Below, piece by piece: positions 9,977 through 19,757 of a DNA stretch of 64,000 bases. The notes beneath the pieces were generated by a model. The model saw only the letters and a program-made list of their open reading frames with translations. It made no database searches and had not been told where the DNA came from. A program made the translations under genes and the position numbers. Numbering within the stretch: position 1 is the stretch's first letter; each line of letters begins with the position of its first letter. Source of the DNA: a virus (Duplodnaviria > Caudoviricetes); the IMG/VR virus record IMGVR_UViG_3300014775_001868, positions 3,061 through 67,060 of that record; one strand, given 5' to 3'.

Positions 9977-12164
9977 TGCTTTAAATGACGTTTCTACTTC
10001 AGTAGATAATACACCTAGTAATTTTAGACCTCAAGATCCTATTGCTTTTTATTCATCAATTTTAAAAGATATAAATGGTCTTAAATTAGAAGTATCTAAA
10101 TTAGAAGATAATTCATTTAATATATCTGATATAAAAAAAATAATTTTAGAAAAAAATGATGCTTCCTCTTTTTCTATTAATAGCGATGGTAGAGTTTTAA
10201 CTGCTAACGAACCTTCTTTAACTACTATTGTTTATTCTAGTTTAGAAAATTTAGGTTTTTTAATATATGGTACAAAAAAAGATTTAGAACTTATTACTTC
10301 TAATGTTAATTATTCTAATTTAGATTTTATTAAAGTAACTGATGGTGAAAGAACTATAGATTTAACTCTAGAAAAATTTGAAGATATTTTAATTCAATAT
10401 CTACAAAATGAACCTCAAGAACTTGAGTTACCTTCTAATATTAGTTCTAATATAATTAGTTCAAAAGGCTATCTAATAAAAAATTCTGCCCTTCCTTATT
10501 TTTTTGATAGACCTGATATAGGGTCTACAAGTCACCCATTTGAATATTATTTAATTAAGGAAAATAATAATTTAATACAAGTATTTGAGGGAAAAGACAA
10601 ACAAATAAAAACAGTAGAAGATATTAATATACCTAAATTAGAAGTAATTGAAAGAACGACTATAAACGGTTTAACTTTTTTTAAAGTAGTTAAAGGAGAT
10701 TCAAATAAATGGATATTAAACGCAGACTTTATAACAATAGATGATATTAAAAATTTCTTAAATGAATCTCCATCAGATGCTGATACTTTAGAAGAAGAAG
10801 TATTACAAACAGTAAAACAAGATACTAATTTTGTTAAAAAACAAAAAAAACCTCTATTAGATTTAAATGAATCTAAAGAAAGACAAATAGGAATGAGAGT
10901 CCAAAGTGCTTATAGTACTGTAAAAAGTAGCGCCGCTAAATTTGATTTTTATTTAGCACCAGCTATGCAATCTACTTTTAGAATGCCAGGAGGTTTAGAT
11001 GTACCAAATGCATTACCAGGTGGTTTAAATATAAGAATAATTCCTAATATAGGAAAAGTAAGAATACCTGGATCAAAACCTATTTATCAGAATTTAGGAA
11101 TAGATTCAGTTACTGTAACTGTTATAGGAGCCTTTACTGGAGGAAATATAACAGGGACTTTCTTTCAAGAAAATACTGCTGATATAGGTAATAATCCTAA
11201 TGAAGATTTAGATACTTATAGAGATTATAATGAATTTATTAAATTAATTGATTTAGGTGAAGAATTAGATGTTGAAATAAATTTACAACAACATAATCAA
11301 GATAATATTAATTTTTTAAATTCAGAGGGAGATATTCCTATAACAAGAGTAGCCGCATTAAATCCTATTGAAAGATTTAGTGAAAAAGCTAAAAGAGAGT
11401 TTTATGGAGAAGGTACATATAGTGATAATGCTATTACTTATTTAAGACAAAGAAATGGAAATCCTAGATTTAGAGGATTTCTTAGAGATATGCAATATTC
11501 ATTTAGAAGAAAAAATATTGCATATTATGTTATGCAATTTGAAATAACTGATTTTGATGATGGTACTGAAGAAGAAGTTTGTATAGATTATAAACCTGCT
11601 AAATTATTTGAACCTTTGGATAGCTTCACAAATGATGAAAATGACATAACTGAAACATCAGGTGTTTATTTTTTACAAAGTTTTGGATTTAGCGAACTAA
11701 CAAATAGAAAAGATATCTATATCTATAAAAAAGAAGTAGATAAAGATGATATACAAGAATTAGAGAATGCCGGTATATTTGATGAATATTCTTTTAGAGT
11801 AGGACCACCTGAAAATATTGCTAATGCTAAATATATATTATTATTGGCTGCTACAGAAGTTGATGAAAATACAATAAGATTAATACCTATATCTAAAGAC
11901 GATCCTTCTTCATTTAAATTTAAGGTATATTATGTAGGAACTAAACAATTTATTATTTCTGATAATAAAATTATAGAAGGTGGCTCTCAAGGAAAAAGGA
12001 TATTTTATTTAAAAGATCAACAAAATTCAGAAGAAGAACCCATACCTGATCATGTTGTAGAACAAAAAAGTATAACTTTATATTTAAGTAATGACGAAGA
12101 AGCTTTAAAAAATTATGAATCAGAAATTAATTATAATGTTAATTTAAATCAAGTTTTAATTTAA
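9969..12164 (+). CDS. hypothetical virion protein (possibly tail tube initiator/hub-associated)
   Basis: 731 aa in the tail operon; central segment IGKVRIPGSKPIYQNLGIDSVTVTVIGAFTG loosely recalls tube-initiator proteins. The function is inference only. Confidence 0.4.
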   Translation: MPDALNDVSTSVDNTPSNFRPQDPIAFYSSILKDINGLKLEVSKLEDNSFNISDIKKIILEKNDASSFSINSDGRVLTANEPSLTTIVYSSLENLGFLIYGTKKDLELITSNVNYSNLDFIKVTDGERTIDLTLEKFEDILIQYLQNEPQELELPSNISSNIISSKGYLIKNSALPYFFDRPDIGSTSHPFEYYLIKENNNLIQVFEGKDKQIKTVEDINIPKLEVIERTTINGLTFFKVVKGDSNKWILNADFITIDDIKNFLNESPSDADTLEEEVLQTVKQDTNFVKKQKKPLLDLNESKERQIGMRVQSAYSTVKSSAAKFDFYLAPAMQSTFRMPGGLDVPNALPGGLNIRIIPNIGKVRIPGSKPIYQNLGIDSVTVTVIGAFTGGNITGTFFQENTADIGNNPNEDLDTYRDYNEFIKLIDLGEELDVEINLQQHNQDNINFLNSEGDIPITRVAALNPIERFSEKAKREFYGEGTYSDNAITYLRQRNGNPRFRGFLRDMQYSFRRKNIAYYVMQFEITDFDDGTEEEVCIDYKPAKLFEPLDSFTNDENDITETSGVYFLQSFGFSELTNRKDIYIYKKEVDKDDIQELENAGIFDEYSFRVGPPENIANAKYILLLAATEVDENTIRLIPISKDDPSSFKFKVYYVGTKQFIISDNKIIEGGSQGKRIFYLKDQQNSEEEPIPDHVVEQKSITLYLSNDEEALKNYESEINYNVNLNQVLI

Positions 12165-15100
12165 ATGAAATATCCTAAAATAACTTCTGCTACATCAGTA
12201 CCAATAGTGTATAACAGAACAATTCAAGAGTTAGCAAATGATGTTAACGCTATGAATTATAGATTTATTGGGAGTAGATATATATCACCTATTGTTTTTA
12301 ATAGAAAAAAATTAGAACCAATTTATTGTTTTGGTTTTACAAATAACCCTTTTGGTACTTTAATAGAAAATAGATCTTATATTTATATACCAGTAGAAAA
12401 TTTAGATTTAGTAAAAGAAAAAGTATTAAATTATGAAGTTATTAATATATTAGAAAATACAAGAGAAATAAAATATCCTATAGCACCAACTTTTTTTAGA
12501 CACTCAATAGAAAGATATGAATTTGTTTATTATTCTAATATAGATAGAAATTATGAATTACCACAAGAAATAAGATCTTATGATGATCTATCCCCTTTAT
12601 CTCATCCTTTTTATCCTTCTTTATTTTTTACTGGTAAAACAGCTATATTACATAATAAAGAAATAATATATGAATATGTTGAATTAAGTGATTGGTTTGA
12701 ATTAGAAGGAAACTTATATGTTAGTCCTATAAGACCTAAAGGATTAGATAATTTCTTTCCTGAGTCTATTTTAGATTATACTTCTATTTCTACTATCTAT
12801 AATAGAGATGATGTATGTAGTGATTTATATTGTTTAATATCAAAAAATAATTTAATTATTAATCAAACAGTATCTTCTATTATCACTGAATTAAGTGATT
12901 ATGAGATAGGTATTCCTGAAATTGATATTCAATATTGTGATACTAGTGATAATGTTTCTATTATAAAAATAAATAATGTTATTTATGAATCTAAAGAAGG
13001 TCCTATTTCATATAAAAGACCGGCTGAAAATATAATTGAAATATATGATTCAACAGGATTAATAAAAACAGTTAATTTAGATGAATATAAATTAGAAAAA
13101 AGAATAGAAGGAGCTAATGAAAATCAAACTTATTTTGATTCTTCTTATATATTAACTACATTATTAGTACAAGATAAATCTGTTACTTTAAATAATTCTA
13201 GTATTAGATATTTAATAGAACCTCAATATGGTGATTATAAATATATAAAATATTCAGAAATAGGAATAATAAATAAATTATATGAATCAGATTGTCAGAT
13301 AGATATTATTTATGATAATGGTACTAAAAGTGTTTCCACTACAAATGGTCCTTTATCTTATGAATTAGTATCAGAAACTAATGATGGTTGTGATGTAGAT
13401 TTTAAAGGTAACTTTATAGAATCTATAAGTTATTCAGGAAAGAAAAATAGTTATACTTATCCATCTTTTAGTTTTGTAGGAGGGAAAGCTTATACTATTA
13501 TTGCTAAAGGTAGTTACACTTTTAGTTCTAATCCTAATTGGGGGGCTGATGGTAATTATCATTTTAATAATGGCACTTTAAATGGAAGTAGTGGCGGTTT
13601 AAGAAATACACTTGGTATTGAATTTTATAATCCTAATCTTCCTTATAATTCGGAACATATATATCAACATTGTTTCATTTCTCCTATTTCAGGTAGTATA
13701 GGATTTAAATGTGGTGATTCCTCTTATGGTGATAATACAGGAGGAATGACAGTAGAATTTTATGAAGGTAGACAACTATTAGGTAATCAAATAAATATTT
13801 ATGATGATACAGGTTTAATTCAATCAGAATATATAGCTGATAATTCTAATATTTTAATTAATACTTATGAATGTATCCCCACTCAAAATAAAATAATTAT
13901 TGATTGGGGAAATGATGATATAGAAGTTATTAACGGTGGAACTTATTATACTTTTAATCTAACTTTAGGTGGTTGGTGGATTTTATATCAAGAGACTTTA
14001 GAAAATTGTGATAAAAGAACAGTTATTATTAAAGTAAATCCAGATGGAACTTTATCACTTAATAAAGAAATAGTTGATCCAATTAATTATCAATATTTAT
14101 CTTTTAATAGTATAGATTGGGAAAAAGAAGGATTAGGAGTTTTATTAAATAATTTAGATGATGATTATTTTATAAATATATTAAAAGATGGTCCCGCTGA
14201 TATAAATGATATATCTATAAATAATATTACTAATGATACGATAGATAATGCTTTATTAGCGACTAATAGTACTATTAAAGATAATATATATTATTTAAAT
14301 TTAAATAAAGTTTCTAATATAGATGGTACTACTGAATTCTTTAGTAATTTAAATGGTTTTATATCTAAATGTGATGGTACTGGAAATATAAAAGATATAT
14401 ATAGAAATAATGAAAGAATAGATTCTTATGAAGTTATTTATACAGATTCATTAGATTATAGTCAACCTATATTTCAATATATAGTTAGACAATATACAGT
14501 AGTTGTATCTTTAGAAACACAAGAAACATCTATAAGATATATAGAAGATAAAAATCAATTAGGAGATGGTTTCTCTTATCTTTCTGTCCCATTATCAGAA
14601 CTTTTAATTCCAAATATAACTACTGATATTTCCCCTAGTGCTTATGAGTTAGATGTATTTGGAGATACAGGTTTAGAAGAAAAATTAGTATTTGAAAATG
14701 AACCTGGAACAGTTACAGTAGAAGCTTATAAATATTTACTTGATATCTTTTATGAATGTAAAAAATATACTGAAAGATTAGTATTTACAGAAAAACCTGT
14801 ATTAGTAGAAGAATTACCTAAATTAAATTATAGTTTAGTTTTTGAATCTATATTAGAAGAATATCCATATTTAATGGAAAGAGAATATGTAGGAAAATTT
14901 ACAGGTAATTATTTATATAAAGATGGTGTTTATTTCTTTGAATTTGATAGAAAAGATGATTCTACTTTTTTAGTTCCTTATTATCCTAAATTAAAAGCAA
15001 AAGAATTTTATAATTTTTATAATGGATCAGATCCAGATTTAATACCGACTTATATAGATATAAATAGTTCTGAAAAAGATTTATATTTACATTCAGATTT

Positions 15101-15749
15101 TCATAGAGAAATAAAAACCTATGAAGAAAGTTCTATCATAGATGATTTAAATTTAGGACAAGTTTTAGTATATTCAGATCCTACTCCTGTGACTTCTTTA
15201 ATAGGAGGGACTATTGCAGATGGAGATGAAACAACAATTCATTTTCATGATGAGGTAGGTTTATTAGAAGTAGGAGAGATACCTTTAGAAGAATGTAAAG
15301 GTGTAATAGAATTTGATTTATCATCTATTAATATAATAAATCCTGTATTTATATTAGAATTAGAAGTTTATAAAGAAGGTGGTCTATTTAATACTTTAAA
15401 TAATAGATTATCAGATACTACTATAAAAGTTTTATTATATGAAGGGGATCTTTCTTTAACTGAAAGTGATTTTAATATAACAACAATAGATTTAAATTAT
15501 ACATTTACTACTAGTAATTTAACTGAAGGTCAATTTGTCACTTTAGATATATCTGATGGTATTAATACTATTAGAAATAATACAGATATTATTGGTATAA
15601 GATTAGAAGATCAAAGAGAAATATTAGGAGAATGTACTCAAGATACTTGCACAGCTATTACTTTCAAAAATGTTAGAGTATTAGTGGTAGATAATCAAGG
15701 AACATATGTTCCGATAGATTCTTTAAATTATGATTTAATAATTAGTTAA
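12165..15749 (+). CDS. large virion/fibre-associated protein with possible carbohydrate-binding module
   Basis: 1194 aa, beta-rich; contains GDSSYGDNTGGMTVEFY, reminiscent of the LecA/PA-IL lectin motif. Confidence 0.45.
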   Translation: MKYPKITSATSVPIVYNRTIQELANDVNAMNYRFIGSRYISPIVFNRKKLEPIYCFGFTNNPFGTLIENRSYIYIPVENLDLVKEKVLNYEVINILENTREIKYPIAPTFFRHSIERYEFVYYSNIDRNYELPQEIRSYDDLSPLSHPFYPSLFFTGKTAILHNKEIIYEYVELSDWFELEGNLYVSPIRPKGLDNFFPESILDYTSISTIYNRDDVCSDLYCLISKNNLIINQTVSSIITELSDYEIGIPEIDIQYCDTSDNVSIIKINNVIYESKEGPISYKRPAENIIEIYDSTGLIKTVNLDEYKLEKRIEGANENQTYFDSSYILTTLLVQDKSVTLNNSSIRYLIEPQYGDYKYIKYSEIGIINKLYESDCQIDIIYDNGTKSVSTTNGPLSYELVSETNDGCDVDFKGNFIESISYSGKKNSYTYPSFSFVGGKAYTIIAKGSYTFSSNPNWGADGNYHFNNGTLNGSSGGLRNTLGIEFYNPNLPYNSEHIYQHCFISPISGSIGFKCGDSSYGDNTGGMTVEFYEGRQLLGNQINIYDDTGLIQSEYIADNSNILINTYECIPTQNKIIIDWGNDDIEVINGGTYYTFNLTLGGWWILYQETLENCDKRTVIIKVNPDGTLSLNKEIVDPINYQYLSFNSIDWEKEGLGVLLNNLDDDYFINILKDGPADINDISINNITNDTIDNALLATNSTIKDNIYYLNLNKVSNIDGTTEFFSNLNGFISKCDGTGNIKDIYRNNERIDSYEVIYTDSLDYSQPIFQYIVRQYTVVVSLETQETSIRYIEDKNQLGDGFSYLSVPLSELLIPNITTDISPSAYELDVFGDTGLEEKLVFENEPGTVTVEAYKYLLDIFYECKKYTERLVFTEKPVLVEELPKLNYSLVFESILEEYPYLMEREYVGKFTGNYLYKDGVYFFEFDRKDDSTFLVPYYPKLKAKEFYNFYNGSDPDLIPTYIDINSSEKDLYLHSDFHREIKTYEESSIIDDLNLGQVLVYSDPTPVTSLIGGTIADGDETTIHFHDEVGLLEVGEIPLEECKGVIEFDLSSINIINPVFILELEVYKEGGLFNTLNNRLSDTTIKVLLYEGDLSLTESDFNITTIDLNYTFTTSNLTEGQFVTLDISDGINTIRNNTDIIGIRLEDQREILGECTQDTCTAITFKNVRVLVVDNQGTYVPIDSLNYDLIIS

Positions 15750-15756
15750 ATATAAT

Positions 15757-16239
15757 ATGTTATCAACTTATTGTACAGAAATCACAACTGCTATTTTATC
15801 TGACTATATTCGAGTTAATCTAATAGCAATTCTTATTAATGATGAAGATTTAGGATATACAGATGAACCTACTCCTTTAGAATTATATAATCGAAAATTA
15901 TTAACTATGGATTATATAATCACAAAAGAGTTAACTTTAAATGGAGGATATAGTCGAGCTATATGTACTATAGATTCTATTGAATTAGAGAGTGAAAATA
16001 ATAGAGCAAGATTATTTACAAGAGCTGAATTTAATCCTACAGGACAATATGATCCAGCTACTCATGTTGTATATGTTTGTAGAGCTAATTTAGTAGGGGC
16101 TGATCCTATTATTAATGGTAATAATAGAGGAGATAATATAGGAAAAGTTATTAAAGTAGTCCCTTTAGAAAATGCTCCTATAACTCTTATTACTCCTATT
16201 CCTTATATTTATTTAGCCGATATTTCTATTAGATTCTAA
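15757..16239 (+). CDS. hypothetical structural protein
   Basis: 160-aa ORF in the tail operon. Confidence 0.55.
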   Translation: MLSTYCTEITTAILSDYIRVNLIAILINDEDLGYTDEPTPLELYNRKLLTMDYIITKELTLNGGYSRAICTIDSIELESENNRARLFTRAEFNPTGQYDPATHVVYVCRANLVGADPIINGNNRGDNIGKVIKVVPLENAPITLITPIPYIYLADISIRF

Positions 16240-17099
16240 TGACTATTTTAGATAAATATGATGTATTAAATAATTATGGTGTTATAAAAGCTACCTTTGG
16301 AGATATAGGTAGATTTTTATTAAATTATAATTTATCTTATTCAAGTGAATATGAGTTATATAAATTACTTCAATTTCCTAATATAGATGTTCATATTATA
16401 AATAATAATAAATTAGGTTTTAATTTAGTTAAATATAAAGCCGGTGTTATAGATATTGATTCTATTTTATTAGATGAACCTTATGTTGTATCTAATATGA
16501 GAGGAGAAGTTTTATATAAAGTTTCAGAACATGTTGGTTATTTTGGAAGAAGTAATTATGATAAATATTTAATTACTAACTCTGGAGTTATAGGTTTATA
16601 TCTATTAGAATATCCAACTCATTCCGGCTATAAAATAAAAGTTTTAATTGTAGATAATACTTATGATATCTTACCAAAATTAGAATTTAAACCTAATTTA
16701 AATACGGAAGTTAATTTAGAAAATGTTACAAGAAATAGTAATTCTATCCATATTAATTCTGATAGTTACTTTGAAGTATTTTATTTAAATAAACCGATTA
16801 CTAATTTTATATCAGTTAATTTAATTGAGAATAATCCAGATACAGAAATATATAATTCTGATAAATTTTTAACATTTATACCTAAAGAATCTGGTTGGAT
16901 AATATTTAAAAAAGATGGTTTATATGTAACTTATAATTCCATAAATGGAAATGGATTAGATAGATTAATTCAAATAGATTCAATAGATCCTATTTATTAT
17001 GTATTTATAGGAAATTCATTTAATAAATCTTATTTAAATAGATTAAAAGGATATTCAACTTTTTCTAAAGCATCTATTCAAGCCAAAATTAATTTATAA
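16239..17099 (+). CDS. hypothetical protein
   Basis: 286-aa ORF with TAATG coupling to the upstream gene. Confidence 0.55.
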   Translation: MTILDKYDVLNNYGVIKATFGDIGRFLLNYNLSYSSEYELYKLLQFPNIDVHIINNNKLGFNLVKYKAGVIDIDSILLDEPYVVSNMRGEVLYKVSEHVGYFGRSNYDKYLITNSGVIGLYLLEYPTHSGYKIKVLIVDNTYDILPKLEFKPNLNTEVNLENVTRNSNSIHINSDSYFEVFYLNKPITNFISVNLIENNPDTEIYNSDKFLTFIPKESGWIIFKKDGLYVTYNSINGNGLDRLIQIDSIDPIYYVFIGNSFNKSYLNRLKGYSTFSKASIQAKINL

Positions 17100-17101
17100 A
17101 T

Positions 17102-18889
17102 ATGAGAGTAAGCCAAAAAAATATTGATGATATATCTTTTGATTTTTTATTAAATAATTTATTATCAGAAACTTTAACAGCAGAAGATGTAGCTAATATG
17201 GATATAGCTACTTTTGCAGAAGAAGTAATATTTAATGGAGAAAGTAAATTATATCCAACTCAAAGTGCTGTATTAAAAGCATATAGAGGATGTAAATTAA
17301 CAAAAGAAGAAGAAGATATATTAAATATTTGGAAAGAAGAAGGAAGAACAACTTGGGTTAAAGGTAGAAAATATACAAATTTAGTAATGAGTATAGGACG
17401 TAGAGGATCTAAATCTACATTATGTGCTTTTATTCTTTTATATGAATTTATAAAATTAGTTTTAATGAAAGCGCCTGCTAAAGAATTTGGTTTATTACCA
17501 GGTGATGCAATAGGTTTATTTTGTACAGGTTTAACTGAAAAACAAATATTAGATACAACCTTTGCTAAAATAAGAGGTTATGCAAAAAATTCTAATTTTA
17601 TTAGATCATTAGAAGAAAAAAAATTAATAGAAATAATGACAGGAGAAATTAGATGTGTAGAAAAAAATATTATTTTAAAAGCCACGCATTCAGCTTCTAA
17701 TAGTGATTCTCTTCGTGGATATGCTCTTAAAACATTATTATTAGATGAAGCTGCTTTTTTTGGTAAAGATGAATTTGGAAGATATAAAGCAGATAAGATT
17801 TATTCAGAAGTAGGTATGGCTTGTAGAACATTTGGTCCTGAAGGTTTAAAGGTAGCCATATCTTCACCTGAAGGAACAGGAGATTATATAGAACATTTAT
17901 ATGAAGTATCTAAAAAAGATCCTAATACTATTGGTTTTAATTTAAGAACTTGGGATTTAAATTTAGGAGCTGATGTTTCTGAAGAAGCTATTAAAAGTTC
18001 AGAAGAATATTTAAGAGATCCAGTTAGAGCGGCTTTAGAATTTGAAGGTATAAGAACAGGATCTAAAGGAGAATTTATAAGTAAAGATTTAATAGATAAA
18101 GCTGAAAGAGGAATATCAGTATGGGATGCTATACCTATTCCTTTAAATGTAAAAAGTTCTTCTGGAGAAATGAGATATTATGTAGGATTAGATTTAACTA
18201 GGATAGAAAAAGCACATCCATCTACTCAATCATTTATTCATATAGATTTTGGTGTAAAAAAAGATAGCGCCGCTTTATGTTGTTGTTCTCCTAAAAAAGA
18301 AAATGATATATGGAAAATAAATATAGATGGTTATTTATTATGGAAACCTTATAAATCAAGTGAGAATGGAAAAACAAGACATAGATTAGTTAGCTTTTTA
18401 GATATAGAAGAAAAAATAATAAAAATAGCAGAAAGTAGATATGCTAATACTGTATCCTTTGATATTTTTCAATCTCAAAGTTCTATACAAAGATTACATA
18501 TGTTAGGAATTAATACACTTGAAATGGGTGTATCTAGACAAAAACAAGAATTATATTTTTCTATTCTTAGACAAATGTTAGCGGAAGATAAATTAATAAT
18601 GCCAAGAGATAATAGATGGCAAACAAAAGCTACATTAGAGTTAATAAATTTAATACAATTACCTAATGGAAAAATAACTCATCATACAGAAGATAAAGAT
18701 TTAGCTGATGCTATCGCTAACTCTGTATATCAATGTTATATTTATATGTCTACTAATAGAATGTTATCTTCTTCTAATGTATTTATTTCTTTTAAACCTA
18801 GTTTAATTACATCTGAATTTAGACAAAATTTATCTAATAAAAAAGATATAAAACAAATTAGAACTATCAAAGATAGCGGCTTATTTTAA
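17102..18889 (+). CDS. terL: terminase large subunit
   Basis: Walker A SIGRRGSKSTL, Walker B LLLDEAAF, coupling motif ISSP, and RNase H-like nuclease residues IHIDFGVKKD and KDLADAIAN. Confidence 0.92.
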   Translation: MRVSQKNIDDISFDFLLNNLLSETLTAEDVANMDIATFAEEVIFNGESKLYPTQSAVLKAYRGCKLTKEEEDILNIWKEEGRTTWVKGRKYTNLVMSIGRRGSKSTLCAFILLYEFIKLVLMKAPAKEFGLLPGDAIGLFCTGLTEKQILDTTFAKIRGYAKNSNFIRSLEEKKLIEIMTGEIRCVEKNIILKATHSASNSDSLRGYALKTLLLDEAAFFGKDEFGRYKADKIYSEVGMACRTFGPEGLKVAISSPEGTGDYIEHLYEVSKKDPNTIGFNLRTWDLNLGADVSEEAIKSSEEYLRDPVRAALEFEGIRTGSKGEFISKDLIDKAERGISVWDAIPIPLNVKSSSGEMRYYVGLDLTRIEKAHPSTQSFIHIDFGVKKDSAALCCCSPKKENDIWKINIDGYLLWKPYKSSENGKTRHRLVSFLDIEEKIIKIAESRYANTVSFDIFQSQSSIQRLHMLGINTLEMGVSRQKQELYFSILRQMLAEDKLIMPRDNRWQTKATLELINLIQLPNGKITHHTEDKDLADAIANSVYQCYIYMSTNRMLSSSNVFISFKPSLITSEFRQNLSNKKDIKQIRTIKDSGLF

Positions 18890-18915
18890 TCTCACTATTA
18901 TAAATATATATATGT

Positions 18916-18953
18916 AAGTATTAGGTATACATCTATCTAATACTTCTTTTTTT
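18916..18953 (+). terminator. intrinsic terminator after terL
   Basis: Stem AAGTATTAG(18916-24)/CTAATACTT(18937-45), extendable by 3 bp, followed by a T run at 18947-18953. Confidence 0.6.
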
Positions 18954-18959
18954 GATTTT

Positions 18960-19757
18960 ATGTATACTCCAATTTATATAGATTTTCAACCCATATTTAA
19001 ACCTCAACCTATTAAAACATTACCTATAGATCAAAATGATTTAGATACTTTGGGTAAAACTGTTTTAACAGATTTTAATTATATATTAGAAATAGAACCA
19101 CCTCGTAATGCTAATTCTAATATAGGTATAATAGAACCCTTTGAAGTTAGATTAAATAGATTATATAATTATGATCTTAAATTAAGATTAGAATTACCTG
19201 TTTCTCCTCTCAATAATAAATTTACTTATAATGATTGTTATAAAGTTTCTTATTATAGTTGGTATAAAGTTTTATCTCCATTAACAAGACAGATAGTATT
19301 ACCTAATACTGTTCATAAAAAATATCTGCATACAGAATATTGGTATATCTGGGATACAAGAAAATATATAGAAGAAAATATAACCTTTTTAAAAGATTAT
19401 TCTTATGGTTATTGGATTCAATATTTAAATCTTATTGTTAATGACAATATGGAATTAGTTAAAGAAGTAAAAATTCCATATAGTCAAAATATAGATTTAA
19501 CAGCTTATCCTCAAATTATAAAAATAGAATCTATTAAACATGAAGGAGGTGAAATAGAAGGTTATCAAATTAATGACACTTCTCTTCAATATATACCTAC
19601 ATTTTTAGATATAGATCCTTTATATCCTTTTACATTAGAATTAGATTTTTCAGCAGCTACTAACACTCCTGTAGATGGTACTGAAATAACTATAAGTTAT
19701 ATAGAACCTTTAAATCTGGATAATATATTAGTTAATTATTATAACAATGAGTATTAA
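18960..19757 (+). CDS. hypothetical protein
   Basis: 265-aa ORF overlapping the start of the giant gene. Confidence 0.55.
   Translation: MYTPIYIDFQPIFKPQPIKTLPIDQNDLDTLGKTVLTDFNYILEIEPPRNANSNIGIIEPFEVRLNRLYNYDLKLRLELPVSPLNNKFTYNDCYKVSYYSWYKVLSPLTRQIVLPNTVHKKYLHTEYWYIWDTRKYIEENITFLKDYSYGYWIQYLNLIVNDNMELVKEVKIPYSQNIDLTAYPQIIKIESIKHEGGEIEGYQINDTSLQYIPTFLDIDPLYPFTLELDFSAATNTPVDGTEITISYIEPLNLDNILVNYYNNEY

Noticed and set aside
17095-18906. T4-like late promoter TATAAATA (17095-17102, 18899-18906)
   Set aside because: Expected by chance at this AT content; one copy is just a stop-start junction.
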